Below, in pieces: positions 28,236 to 37,805 of a stretch of DNA of 40,730 bases (within the stretch, counting starts at the first letter, position 1; each line of letters opens with the position of its first letter). The translations under genes and the position numbers were made by a program. Below the pieces are notes generated by a model. It was not told the DNA's origin, made no database searches, and was given only the letters and a program-made list of their open reading frames with translations. Source of the DNA: Candidatus Gastranaerophilales bacterium (GTDB lineage Bacteria; Cyanobacteriota; Vampirovibrionia; Gastranaerophilales; Gastranaerophilaceae); assembly GCA_021199975.1 (NCBI GenBank), contig JAJQHF010000211.1:1-40730 (forward strand). Reading direction: 5' to 3'.

Positions 28236-29472
28236 AATAAAATCCGTCTTCTTTTAATCTTCTGATTACTTCGTGCATTTGTTCTTCAGCCGCAACAATA
28301 GACATTCTAAACCAGCCTTCGCCGTTCGTACCGAAAGCATTACCGGGGACAAGCACGACTCCCGATTTATTTAATACGGCATCGGTAAACTCTTTAGAAG
28401 TTTTATACTTTGGCGGAATAGGCAGCCATAAGTAGAAAGTAGCTTTAGGCGGATTAATTTTATCCATATTCCACCCGAGTTCTTTAAAGCCTTGTACTAT
28501 TATCTTTTGTTTTCTTTCAAATCTTCTATTTGCTTCAACAATGTACTCATCGCCTTCTTTTGAATTTAAAACAGCCGCAGCCGCTTTCTGTATGGGTTTA
28601 TAGATACCTGTATCTATAGTGGATTTTAATTTACTAAACACACCTACGGCTTCTTTATTTCCGCAAACCCAGCCTATTCTCCAGCCTGTCATTGAATACG
28701 GTTTTGAAAAACTGAAAAATTCAACCGCAACATCTTTTGCCCCTTCAATTTCAAAAACACTCGGCGCTTTTTCTTCGCCTTCAAATGTCATATCAATATA
28801 TGCGGCATCTGAAATTAAAAGAATATTATATTTTTTGCAAAAATCAACCGCTTTTTTTAAATACTCTTTATTTGTGACGGCGCCTAACGGGTTATTGGGG
28901 TAATTAATAATTAAAGCTTTCACTTTTTTCATTGAAAATCCGTCTTTTTCAAGTTTTTTCGCTGTTTCTTCCAAATCAGGCATGTAATTATTTTCAGGCA
29001 TTAAAGGAAGCGGATATGACATACCGCCTGAAACTTTTACCATTTCTTTATATGAGGCATATCCCGGGTCGGGAATTAAAATAATATCCCTGTCTTTCAT
29101 TTCTTTAATCGGATTAATTAAAGCTCTAATCATATTTGCAATACCTTCTTTAGAGCCGATTAATGAGCAAATTTCCGTTTTTGTATCCAAATCAACATTA
29201 AATCTTGATTTCATTCTTTTTGCAATAGAATCAAGCAAATACGCTTCACCCTTAGGAGATGTATAAGTGTGCATGCCTTCGCCCTGCATAGCTTCAACGA
29301 GTTTATTATTAACAAACTCAGGCGGCGGTTCAACAGGCGCTCCCATTGATAAAGAAATAGGTTTCCTTCCTTTTGCGGTCAATTCTGGCGCTAATCTCTG
29401 AGTTTCCTGTTTTATTCGGAACATTATATATGTTTCAAGCGACTGCACATAGTCATTAAATTTTTCTTTCAT
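28228..29472 (-). CDS. Class I/II PLP-dependent aminotransferase (LL-diaminopimelate/aspartate aminotransferase-like)
   Basis: It has YPNNPLGAV and SFSKPYSMTGWRIGW (PLP Lys). Length is 414 aa. The exact substrate is not assignable from motifs. Confidence 0.75.
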   Translation of the reverse strand: MKEKFNDYVQSLETYIMFRIKQETQRLAPELTAKGRKPISLSMGAPVEPPPEFVNNKLVEAMQGEGMHTYTSPKGEAYLLDSIAKRMKSRFNVDLDTKTEICSLIGSKEGIANMIRALINPIKEMKDRDIILIPDPGYASYKEMVKVSGGMSYPLPLMPENNYMPDLEETAKKLEKDGFSMKKVKALIINYPNNPLGAVTNKEYLKKAVDFCKKYNILLISDAAYIDMTFEGEEKAPSVFEIEGAKDVAVEFFSFSKPYSMTGWRIGWVCGNKEAVGVFSKLKSTIDTGIYKPIQKAAAAVLNSKEGDEYIVEANRRFERKQKIIVQGFKELGWNMDKINPPKATFYLWLPIPPKYKTSKEFTDAVLNKSGVVLVPGNAFGTNGEGWFRMSIVAAEEQMHEVIRRLKEDGFYFE

Positions 29473-30281
29473 TATAGTGTTTCTCCCTTTTGTTTAACTT
29501 CCGACTGCCAAGCCCACGCATTATGATTATGTATGCTTTCTTGAGCTTCAACCTCAACTTCATAAAAAGTTACTTTTTCATCTTCTTTTAAAAGACAAAT
29601 AACATCTCTTAAAACATCTTCTACAAACTTAGGATTTTCATAAGCAGTTTCCGTTACATATTTTTCATCACATCTTTTTAAAATAGAATAAATTTGGCTT
29701 GAACCGCAGCTTTCAACCTTTTCAACCAAATCTTCAATCCAAATAATATCATTTTCATCATAACTTACTTTAACTTTAACCATGGTTCTTTGATTATGAG
29801 CCGAATATTTAGATATTTCTTTTGAACAGGGACATAAAGTAGTTATGGGAACTTTTACCCCAAGTATAAATTTATAATCATCGCCCGTTAAATCGCCCTG
29901 AAAAGAGCAGTCATAACCCACGGGAAATTCAATTTCACTAATCGGCGCTTTTTTATTAATAAAATATTTAAATTCAAATTTTACATGTGCGCTTTTTGAC
30001 TCAAGCCTTTTTTGAACTTCATAAAGAAGCCCTTTTATATCGACTCCCAAAAGATTTTTTTTTGAATATTCACTTAATATTTCAATAAACCTTGACATGT
30101 GAGTGCCTCGATAATTATGCGGCAGTGTAACACTAAGCCTTGCTTTAGCCGAAACAACCTGACTGAGTGCATTTTTACGTTCTATTAAAAGAGGTACTTC
30201 CACTCCGTTAACACCGACTTTTTGAATATCAATACCTCTTTTATCTTTTTGATTTTGAATATCTTTTAACTGATTAATCAT
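29472..30281 (-). CDS. folE2: GTP cyclohydrolase I type 2 (FolE2/MptA family)
   Basis: It has the FolE2 motifs GTHMSRF and TTLCPCSKEIS...AHNQR. Length is 269 aa. Confidence 0.85.
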   Translation of the reverse strand: MINQLKDIQNQKDKRGIDIQKVGVNGVEVPLLIERKNALSQVVSAKARLSVTLPHNYRGTHMSRFIEILSEYSKKNLLGVDIKGLLYEVQKRLESKSAHVKFEFKYFINKKAPISEIEFPVGYDCSFQGDLTGDDYKFILGVKVPITTLCPCSKEISKYSAHNQRTMVKVKVSYDENDIIWIEDLVEKVESCGSSQIYSILKRCDEKYVTETAYENPKFVEDVLRDVICLLKEDEKVTFYEVEVEAQESIHNHNAWAWQSEVKQKGETL

Positions 30282-30609
30282 TTTCTTCCAAAGATTCCAT
30301 ATTATTACTTTCCATAGCTAAAAGAAGTTTTAAAGCGGCTACTCTCTGCGTTTTAGGCGGTGCGGCTCTTAAAAGCTCTATTGCTTTTAACATAACAGGG
30401 TCAGTATCGTACCAGCGATTGCCTTTTTGCGAATATTCTTTTGTAACTTCATAAATTCTTTCAATTACATCTTGTGCAACCTGTTCTTGAAGCGTAATTA
30501 TATAATCTGCGGCAGCTGTTTTTTTATCCTCCGGCTGCAATTTTAAAAGTTCCAAAGCTTCTTTTAATATAGGGTCGTTATCGTACCACCTTCTGTATTT
30601 TTCAGGCAT
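30274..30609 (-). CDS. Hypothetical small helical protein with an internal tandem duplication (RWYDxDP...LELL)
   Basis: 111 aa. Residues 7-40 (RWYDNDPILKEALELLKLQPEDKKTAAADYIITL) and 65-98 (RWYDTDPVMLKAIELLRAAPPKTQRVAALKLLLAM) are clear repeats. It overlaps the folE2 start by 8 nt. Confidence 0.6.
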   Translation of the reverse strand: MPEKYRRWYDNDPILKEALELLKLQPEDKKTAAADYIITLQEQVAQDVIERIYEVTKEYSQKGNRWYDTDPVMLKAIELLRAAPPKTQRVAALKLLLAMESNNMESLEEND

Positions 30610-30618
30610 TTGTTCTCC

Positions 30619-31239
30619 TTAACTTCGTTTTAGCAATTCTATTATAATCTTTTTTGTATCTTCAAAGACAGTTTCTATTGAATTATTTGCATTTATTAAC
30701 TTTATACGGTCAGGATTTTCTTTATAAAGTTCAAGATAACCGTTTCTGACTTTTTTATGAAATTCAATGCCTGCAGTTTCCATTCTGTCTTTTTCTCTTA
30801 TTATACGCTGTTGGGCTGTTTGTGTATCAATATCATACAAAAGAGTTAAATCAGGTGTCAAACCGTCAACCGCAATTGAATTTAATTTTTTCAAAAGCTC
30901 AATATCCTGCCCTCTGCCATAGCCTTGATATGCAACGGTTGAATCCGTATGACGGTCGCAAAGAACAATTTTCCCTTCTTTCAATGCGGGTTTTATAAAT
31001 GTTTCCGCATGCTGCGCCCTGTCAGCAAGAAAAAGAAACATCTCGCATTTATCAGAAACATTACCTTCACAGTGTAAAAGAATATCTCTTATTTTTTGTC
31101 CTATATCAAGCGCACCGGGTTCACGGGTAACTGTAACATCAAAACCTTTATCTTCAAGAAAAGTTTTAATCTTATTTAATTGAGTTGTTTTACCCGAGCC
31201 GTCCGCCCCTTCAAAGGTAATAAATAAGCCTTGTTTCAT
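30619..31239 (-). CDS. tmk: Thymidylate kinase
   Basis: It has the P-loop FITFEGADGSGKTTQ, a DR(H) motif and a lid region. Length is 206 aa. The start shares one nucleotide with the serS stop. Confidence 0.93.
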   Translation of the reverse strand: MKQGLFITFEGADGSGKTTQLNKIKTFLEDKGFDVTVTREPGALDIGQKIRDILLHCEGNVSDKCEMFLFLADRAQHAETFIKPALKEGKIVLCDRHTDSTVAYQGYGRGQDIELLKKLNSIAVDGLTPDLTLLYDIDTQTAQQRIIREKDRMETAGIEFHKKVRNGYLELYKENPDRIKLINANNSIETVFEDTKKIIIELLKRS

Positions 31240-32504
31240 TACAATATATCCCAGTCCGTATATTTTCTGAGAACTTTTGGTATTGTAACAGAGCCGTCTT
31301 CATTTTGGAAATTTTCCAAAATTGCGGCAAAAGTTCTTCCGACTGCAAGACCTGAACCGTTTAGAGTATGAACAAACACGGGCTTGCCTGTTTCTTTACT
31401 GCGGTATCTTATATTTGCTCTTCTTGCTTGGAAGTCGCCAAAGTTTGAACAGCTTGAAATTTCTTTATAAGCATTATATGAAGGAAGCCAAACCTCGAGG
31501 TCATAGCATTTTCTTGCGGAAAATCCTATATCACCCGTTGAAAGCGCCACACGTCTATAAGGAAGTTCCAATAATTCAAGTACTCTTTCAGCATTTCTTG
31601 TTAACTTTTCATGTTCTTCAACACTGGTTTCAGGTGTGCATAATTTAACAAGCTCTACTTTATTAAACTGATGCTGTCTTATTAAACCTCTGGTATCTTT
31701 GCCTGCACTGCCTGCTTCTCTTCTGAAACAAGGTGTATATGCTGTCATATACTTAGGCAAATCATCTTCATTTAATATTTCGCCCGAATATATATTGGTT
31801 ACAGGTACTTCGGCGGTAGGAATTAAATATAAGTCTTCATCTTCGCATTTATACATATCCTGAGCAAATTTAGGAAGCTGCCCCGTTCCTGTCATAGCTG
31901 CGGAATTTACCATAACGGGAGGTAAAATTTCTTCATATCCGTGTTCTTGAGTATGTGTATCAAGGAAAAAGTTAATAATAGCACGTTCTAATTGAGCGCC
32001 TTTTCCTCTGTATAAAGAAAATCTTGATTGAGAAAGCTTAACACCACGTTCAAAATCAACAATATTTTTTTCAACACATATATCCCAATGAGCTTTTTGC
32101 TCAAAATTAACTTTTCGGGGTTCTGAATATCTTTTTATTTCAACATTATCATCCTCAGATAAACCTATAGGTGTTGTTTCATCAGGAATATTCGGAGTTG
32201 AGAGCAATAAATTTTTTTGTTGTTCATCAAGCTGCTGCTCTTTTTCTTCAAGTGATTTAATTTCATCCCCCGTTATTTTAACTTGCGCTTGTATTTCATC
32301 GGTGTTTTGACCTTGTTTTTTCATTATGCCGATTTCCTGCGACATGTTTTTTCTTTTCGCTCTCAATTCATCAGCCTGTGTTTGAACTTTTCTTCTTTGC
32401 GTATCAATCTCTAAAATTTCGTCAATTGAAAGATTTGGATTTCTCCTTTTTAACAATTCGTTAACTTTTTCGGGATTTTCCCTAATCATTCTTATATCTA
32501 ACAT
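31239..32504 (-). CDS. serS: Serine--tRNA ligase
   Basis: It has an N-terminal coiled-coil arm and class II motifs ([33 protein letters not shown]). Length is 421 aa. Confidence 0.95.
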   Translation of the reverse strand: MLDIRMIRENPEKVNELLKRRNPNLSIDEILEIDTQRRKVQTQADELRAKRKNMSQEIGIMKKQGQNTDEIQAQVKITGDEIKSLEEKEQQLDEQQKNLLLSTPNIPDETTPIGLSEDDNVEIKRYSEPRKVNFEQKAHWDICVEKNIVDFERGVKLSQSRFSLYRGKGAQLERAIINFFLDTHTQEHGYEEILPPVMVNSAAMTGTGQLPKFAQDMYKCEDEDLYLIPTAEVPVTNIYSGEILNEDDLPKYMTAYTPCFRREAGSAGKDTRGLIRQHQFNKVELVKLCTPETSVEEHEKLTRNAERVLELLELPYRRVALSTGDIGFSARKCYDLEVWLPSYNAYKEISSCSNFGDFQARRANIRYRSKETGKPVFVHTLNGSGLAVGRTFAAILENFQNEDGSVTIPKVLRKYTDWDIL

Positions 32505-32597
32505 ATTAACACCTCTTTTTCATCTTAACCTATTTTATAAAAAACACATTTAAAATAAAAGCTGTTTTTTTGGTATAATAAAAGAAGGAAAAAAGTT

Positions 32598-33545
32598 ATG
32601 AGCGAGAAAAAGTATACAAAAAAAATTCTTTTTGTCGGAATGCCTGATATGGCATTAGTTTGTTTAAGCAAACTGGCAGCAAAAGGGATTAATATTGTCG
32701 GTGTTGTACCGCCTTCAAAAGATGATAATACATATAAACTTATGGTTGATACCGTTCAAACTCTTGGTTTTGACATAATTGACTATAATATAAGTTTAAG
32801 CGACAACGGTTTTTTACAGAGAATTAAAAATCTGAACGCAGATTTAGGAGTAGTTTCATCCTTTAATAAAAAACTTCCTAAAGAGCTTTTACAATTAACA
32901 AAAGACGGATTTATCAATCTTCATCCTTCAAAATTACCTGATTACAGAGGCGCAAATCCTTATTCTCATGTAATTATTAACGGGGAAGAAGAATCCGCAA
33001 TAACTCTTCATTATATGGATGAAAATTTCGATACGGGAGATATTATTTCTCAATACCGTTTTAATTTGGATTTAAATGAAACAATGGGTACATTGTTTTA
33101 CAGAACAAATCAAATGTGTGCATCTATGCTGTTTGAAGCGCTTGATTATTATGAAAATCATGAATTCCCGAGAAAACCTCAACCTAAAACAGGAACATTC
33201 AAAACAGCTGAAGCGCTGTCATTTCAGAAGAAAAATACTTTTATAGACTGGAATAAGTCAGCAGAAGAAGTCGAACGCTTTATAAGAGCCTTAAATCCCT
33301 TTATCGGTGCTGTCACATGCTATAACGGCATGATATTAAGAATAAACTCCGCTTATGTTATAAGAAAAAATCATAACTTTGCTCCGGGTACAATCTGCGA
33401 TACTAAAAATTCATTAAAAGTCGCATGCGCAGAAGGTATTCTTGAAGTAGATTCAATACAATACGGCGCATTCTTCATTTCCTCAGGCAGAGATTTTGTT
33501 GAAAGATTAAATCCCAGAAAAGGAGAAATTTTATACAGTGAATAA
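32598..33545 (+). CDS. Formyltransferase-family protein (Fmt/ArnA-like, atypical N-terminal region)
   Basis: The catalytic pattern is INLHPSKLPDYRGANP...DTGDII (Asn/His/Asp triad), with an Fmt-like C-terminal domain. The canonical Fmt QPDRPxGRG segment is absent (VVPPSKDDNTYK instead). Confidence 0.7.
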   Translation: MSEKKYTKKILFVGMPDMALVCLSKLAAKGINIVGVVPPSKDDNTYKLMVDTVQTLGFDIIDYNISLSDNGFLQRIKNLNADLGVVSSFNKKLPKELLQLTKDGFINLHPSKLPDYRGANPYSHVIINGEEESAITLHYMDENFDTGDIISQYRFNLDLNETMGTLFYRTNQMCASMLFEALDYYENHEFPRKPQPKTGTFKTAEALSFQKKNTFIDWNKSAEEVERFIRALNPFIGAVTCYNGMILRINSAYVIRKNHNFAPGTICDTKNSLKVACAEGILEVDSIQYGAFFISSGRDFVERLNPRKGEILYSE

Positions 33546-34365
33546 ACTTCATTTTCTTACGGCAGGACTTCCGCTTGCCGCTGAAAGCAAATATCCTGCG
33601 GGTCTTAATATATTAAAAGAAATGAATTTAGATGGACTTGAAGCGGAATTTGTTCATGGGGTCAGAATGACAGAAACCGCACAGACTCTTGTTAAATCTT
33701 TTATTAATGAAAACAATATGCTTTTAACCTGTCACGGTCCTTTTTACATAAATTTAAACTCAAATGAAGAAGAAAAAGCAGAAGCAAGTATTACCAGAAT
33801 ACTTGAAACGGCAAGAATGGGAAATAATATCGGAGCTTACAGCATAACTTTTCACGCCGCTTTTTATATGGGCAGACAGCCTGAAGAAGTTTATAAAACT
33901 GTTTACAATGCAATGGAAAAAATAACTAAAACCCTTGAAGAAGAAAATATTAATATTTGGATTCGCCCTGAAACTACGGGAAAAGGCACGCAATGGGGAA
34001 CATTGGAAGAAATAGTTAAATTATCAAAAGAATTTAAAAATGTACTGCCCTGTGTGGATTTTTCTCATATTCATGCTCGTAATAACGGGTTGTTTAATAC
34101 ATATGATGAATTTTCAAAAATGTTTGAATATATGGGAAAAGAACTCGGTAATGACATATTTAATAATTTCCACGCTCACCTTGCAGGTATTGAATACGGA
34201 GCAAAGGGCGAAAAAAAACATTTAATATTTGATGAAAGCGACATGAATTATAAAGACCTTTTAAAAGTATTCAAAAAATTTGATGTAAAAGGCGCTCTTG
34301 TTTGCGAAAGTCCTAACATTGAAACGGATACAAAACTCTTAAAAGAATATTGGCTAAGCTTATAA
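33538..34365 (+). CDS. Xylose-isomerase-like TIM-barrel protein, endonuclease IV (AP endonuclease 2) family
   Basis: It has a GTG start overlapping the upstream stop. The motif order is Nfo-like: CHGPFYINLNS, ITFHAAFYMG, IRPETTGKG, CVDFSHIHARNNG, FHAHLAGIEYGAKGEKKHL. Confidence 0.6.
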   Translation: MNKLHFLTAGLPLAAESKYPAGLNILKEMNLDGLEAEFVHGVRMTETAQTLVKSFINENNMLLTCHGPFYINLNSNEEEKAEASITRILETARMGNNIGAYSITFHAAFYMGRQPEEVYKTVYNAMEKITKTLEEENINIWIRPETTGKGTQWGTLEEIVKLSKEFKNVLPCVDFSHIHARNNGLFNTYDEFSKMFEYMGKELGNDIFNNFHAHLAGIEYGAKGEKKHLIFDESDMNYKDLLKVFKKFDVKGALVCESPNIETDTKLLKEYWLSL

Positions 34366-34890
34366 ATGGATTTGTTTTATCTGTATATTAAAAATTTTGA
34401 TTATAAATCTGTTTCGGAGCCGCATTCCGCCAACGGCTCTCCATTAGAGTCAAAATGCTCATCTTTACATGAAGCGGGAAGATATATCTTAGAATATGCC
34501 GCTAAAAATTTCTATGATATTAAAAATACGGAGCTTGAAATAATAAATAAAAAACCCGAATTTAAATATTCCGGTATTAAATTCAATATTTCCCACAGTA
34601 AAGATATAGCAGCCGTATGTTTTGATAAAAATCCCGTCGGTTTTGATATAGAAAAAATTCTTCCTCTTGATTATAAAGCCATAGCAAAACGCATGAACTT
34701 TAAACTAAAGGAAGAATCTCTTGAAGAATTTTATAAATTTTGGACAATGTATGAGGCAAAATTAAAATTGCAAAATAATGTTAATCATTGTATAAGTCAA
34801 AAACTTAATAAAGAATATATTTTTTCCGTAGTTTCAATTGAATACTTCAACATTGACAGAATTGAAGAAATAAAATTCATTAATTGCTAA
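34366..34890 (+). CDS. 4'-phosphopantetheinyl transferase (Sfp-type, short)
   Basis: It has FNISHSKDIAAVCF, VGFDIEKI (Mg-binding D/E) and FWTMYEAKLK (W/F..KEA..K). Length is 174 aa. The ATG directly abuts the preceding stop. Confidence 0.7.
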   Translation: MDLFYLYIKNFDYKSVSEPHSANGSPLESKCSSLHEAGRYILEYAAKNFYDIKNTELEIINKKPEFKYSGIKFNISHSKDIAAVCFDKNPVGFDIEKILPLDYKAIAKRMNFKLKEESLEEFYKFWTMYEAKLKLQNNVNHCISQKLNKEYIFSVVSIEYFNIDRIEEIKFINC

Positions 34891-34896
34891 CATCTT

Positions 34897-35280
34897 TTAC
34901 TTTTTCGACACTACATAAATTAAATGCCAGCCATATGTTGTTTTAACAGGATCGGAATCTTGACCGTCCGGCATGGCAAAAACAGCATCTTCAAACGGTT
35001 TTACCATTTCTCCTTTTCCTATCCACCCTAATTTACCGCCATCAAGACCTGAAGGGCATTTTGAATATTTTTTTGCAGCCGCCGTGAAATTATTAAATAC
35101 CTGCGCTCTGTTTTCACCTGCATTAATTTCTTTTTTTAGTTCATTTGCCTGTTCTTCATCCGCTACAAGAATATGGTATGTTAAAGCCTGTTTATATTCT
35201 GCGGCATAAGCTTTAAATGAAGCGACCATGGCAAAACACAAAACAACCGGTACAAACAACAATGAAATAATTTTTTTCAT
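34897..35280 (-). CDS. Secreted parvulin-type peptidyl-prolyl isomerase
   Basis: It has a signal peptide (MKKIISLLFVPVVLCFAMVASFKAYA) and a PpiC/parvulin core (HILVADEEQA...CPSGLDGGKLGWIGKGEMVKPFEDAVF...TYGWHLIYV). Confidence 0.8.
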   Translation of the reverse strand: MKKIISLLFVPVVLCFAMVASFKAYAAEYKQALTYHILVADEEQANELKKEINAGENRAQVFNNFTAAAKKYSKCPSGLDGGKLGWIGKGEMVKPFEDAVFAMPDGQDSDPVKTTYGWHLIYVVSKK

Positions 35281-35301
35281 AATATTTCCTTTCTATTTAT
35301 A

Positions 35302-35805
35302 TTATTTATTTAAATTAATAAATTGGTTTTCACGGGTAATAGCAACCATACCCGAGCGTACAAGTTCTTTAACTCCTAATGGTTTTAAAAGTGCAATTAT
35401 TGTAGAAACCTGTCTTACATCTCCGCTAAATTCCACTGTGTAAGTTTCAGTTGAAACATCCACAATTTTAGCACCGAAAATTTCCGCAATCCTTAATATT
35501 TCATTACGAGCCTCATCTTTTGCGGTTACTTTACATAAAATTAATTCTCTGTCTATACATTTATCCGCCGATTTTGGCAGTTCCACAACTTTAATTGTAT
35601 TAATTAATCGGTTTAACTGTTTGCATATTTGTTCAATGACTACATCATCACCGCTTGTTACAATTGTGATTCTTGAAAACACAGGGTCTATTGTTGCCGC
35701 AACGGTTAAACTTTCTATATTAAAACCTCTTGTAGAAAATAAATCACACACGCATGAAAGAATTCCGGGTTCATTTTTTACTAAAACTGAAATAGTATGC
35801 TTCAT
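35302..35805 (-). CDS. ilvN: Acetolactate synthase small (regulatory) subunit
   Basis: It has an ACT domain (HTISVLVKNEPGILSCVCDLFSTRGFNIESLTV) and a C-terminal ALS_ss_C-like half. It overlaps the ilvB stop by 4 nt. Confidence 0.9.
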   Translation of the reverse strand: MKHTISVLVKNEPGILSCVCDLFSTRGFNIESLTVAATIDPVFSRITIVTSGDDVVIEQICKQLNRLINTIKVVELPKSADKCIDRELILCKVTAKDEARNEILRIAEIFGAKIVDVSTETYTVEFSGDVRQVSTIIALLKPLGVKELVRSGMVAITRENQFINLNK

Positions 35806-37580
35806 AATTGTTCCCCCTGCAAATTATCTTCTATTTTATTAGACAAAAGAACTTCATTTAAGGGATTTCCGGCAAGAACCCACGGATATACCATTTCAAA
35901 AGGCTCAACAATGAAATCCAAAATAACGGGACCGTCAAAAGTTATAGCTTTATCCAAAGCCTCATCTATTTGCGATTCTTCCGTTACTCTGATACCCAAA
36001 ATACCGTATGCTTCAGCTAATTTAACATAATCAGGCGAAGTAATGGGAGTCTGTGAATAATGCTTATTAAAAAGCTTTTCCTGCCATTGTCTTACCATGC
36101 CTAAGTATCCGTTATTAATAACAGCCGTTTTAACGGGAATTTTATAATCCACACATGTCATAAGCTCTTGTATATTCATTTGAATACTGCCATCACCCGC
36201 AATATTAAATACCAACTTTTCGGGAGCTGCAATTTGAGCGCCTATTGCAGCGGGAAAACCAAATCCCATTGTTCCTAATCCGCCTGAAGTTATAAGCTGA
36301 CGGGGTTTATTAAATTTATACAACTGAGCAGTCCACATTTGATGCTGTCCAACTTCCGTTGTGATGATTGTATCTTTATTTTTCGTTTTTTCATAAATAT
36401 GTTTTATAACCGTTTGAGGTCTTAATATTGCATTTTCAACCGCCGGAATTACTCTTTTTTCCTTCCAGCTTTCTATCTGCCTTACCCAGGCTTTTCTCAT
36501 ATCTGCATTATATTTATATTTGCCCGTATTATATTCGTTCAATATCAAGTTTAAAACATTTTTTGCATCACCGACTATAGGTATATCAACATGTACATTT
36601 TTGCTTATAGAACAAGGGTCAATATCAACATGAATTACTTTTGCATCATTACAGAAACGTTTTAAACAACCTGTAATTCTGTCATTAAACCTTGTACCTA
36701 CCGCAAACAAAACATCACAATTACTTACGGCAAGATTTGCCCAGTAGTTACCGTGCATACCGAGCATGCCTAATGATAACTCGTTATCCTGCGGATATGT
36801 TCCTATCCCCATTAAAGTTGTTGCAACGGGAATATTTAACTTTTGAGCAATTTCTCTTATTTCCTGCCAGGCATCCGAATGAATTATTCCTCCGCCTGAA
36901 ATAATTACGGGACGTTGTGCTTCGCAAAGAAGTTTCAATGCACGTCTGCACTGTATCGGGTGTCCTTCATAAGTAGGATTATACCCGGGGAGCGTTATTT
37001 TATCGGGATATTCAAAATCCATTTTTGCGGTAAGAATATCTTTTGGAAGTGAAACGACAACGGGCCCGGGCTTTCCGGTTTTAGCTATATGAAAAGACTC
37101 TTTAATTACACGAGGTAAATCACTTATATTTTTAACAAGATAATTATGCTTGCAGCATGTACGTGTAATCCCTACGATATCGGATTCTTGAAACGCATCG
37201 TTGCCTATTAACTTAGAATCAACCTGACCTGTAAAAACAACAAGCGGATAGCTGTCGTAATAAGCATTTGCAATTCCTGTTACGGTATTACAAGCCCCCG
37301 GACCCGACGTAACAAGAACAACTCCGGGTTTCCCCGTGACTCTTGCATAACCTTCTGCCGCATGCACCGCAGCCTGCTCATGTCTTACAAGATAGTGTTT
37401 TATATAATCACATTTATATAATTCGTCATAAATATGAAGAATTACACCACCGGGATAACCGAATATTTTATCTACGCCTTCTTTTTTAAGGCATTCCAAA
37501 AACATTCTTGCACCGGTCATTTTTTCGGTTTTATTTGTTTGATTTATTTGTTCGGCAGCCATCTTACTCTCCGTATTCAA
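35802..37580 (-). CDS. ilvB: Acetolactate synthase large (catalytic) subunit
   Basis: It has the ThDP-enzyme layout with GGLGTMGFGFPAAIGA...GDGSIQMNIQEL...NNGYLGMVRQWQ. Length is 592 aa. Confidence 0.95.
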   Translation of the reverse strand: MNTESKMAAEQINQTNKTEKMTGARMFLECLKKEGVDKIFGYPGGVILHIYDELYKCDYIKHYLVRHEQAAVHAAEGYARVTGKPGVVLVTSGPGACNTVTGIANAYYDSYPLVVFTGQVDSKLIGNDAFQESDIVGITRTCCKHNYLVKNISDLPRVIKESFHIAKTGKPGPVVVSLPKDILTAKMDFEYPDKITLPGYNPTYEGHPIQCRRALKLLCEAQRPVIISGGGIIHSDAWQEIREIAQKLNIPVATTLMGIGTYPQDNELSLGMLGMHGNYWANLAVSNCDVLFAVGTRFNDRITGCLKRFCNDAKVIHVDIDPCSISKNVHVDIPIVGDAKNVLNLILNEYNTGKYKYNADMRKAWVRQIESWKEKRVIPAVENAILRPQTVIKHIYEKTKNKDTIITTEVGQHQMWTAQLYKFNKPRQLITSGGLGTMGFGFPAAIGAQIAAPEKLVFNIAGDGSIQMNIQELMTCVDYKIPVKTAVINNGYLGMVRQWQEKLFNKHYSQTPITSPDYVKLAEAYGILGIRVTEESQIDEALDKAITFDGPVILDFIVEPFEMVYPWVLAGNPLNEVLLSNKIEDNLQGEQL

Positions 37581-37605
37581 AGTATTTTACAAATAATTAT
37601 ATTAA

Positions 37606-37634
37606 ATTTTAACTTAGTAAAGATTTTAGTGCAA
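37606..37634 (-). promoter_or_regulatory. Candidate sigma70-type promoter for ilvBN (TTGCAC-17 nt-TAAAAT)
   Basis: On the minus strand, TTGCAC lies at 37634..37629 and TAAAAT at 37611..37606, separated by 17 nt. This is ~25 nt upstream of the ilvB ATG, which has a GGAGAG Shine-Dalgarno. Sequence match only; an alternative TATAAT lies at 37601..37596. Confidence 0.3.
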
Positions 37635-37746
37635 ATTTTTTGATATTTTAAGAACTTTTTTTAACTTGTCTGAGAAAAATTTCACAATAAATCAGGGGAC
37701 AATTTTTTGCACGCTGCTGCTAATTTAATTTTCAAAGTTATCAAGT

Positions 37747-37777
37747 GCAGGTTGGGGTTTAACCTAACCTGCTGCTT
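37747..37777. repeat. GC-rich imperfect hairpin with a CCTGCTGCTT tail, downstream flank of the 442-aa gene
   Basis: The sequence is GCAGGTTGGG-GTTTAA-CCTAACCTGC, a 10-bp stem including one G.T pair, then TGCTTTTTG. It shares its 5' GCAGG and its 3' CCTGCTGCTT...GTAA with the palindrome at 39188-39215. A related 15-mer, TTGCACGCTGCTGCT, lies at 37707-37721. Confidence 0.6.
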
Positions 37778-37805
37778 TTTGTAATCAGTACTTGTATTTC
37801 TTTGC

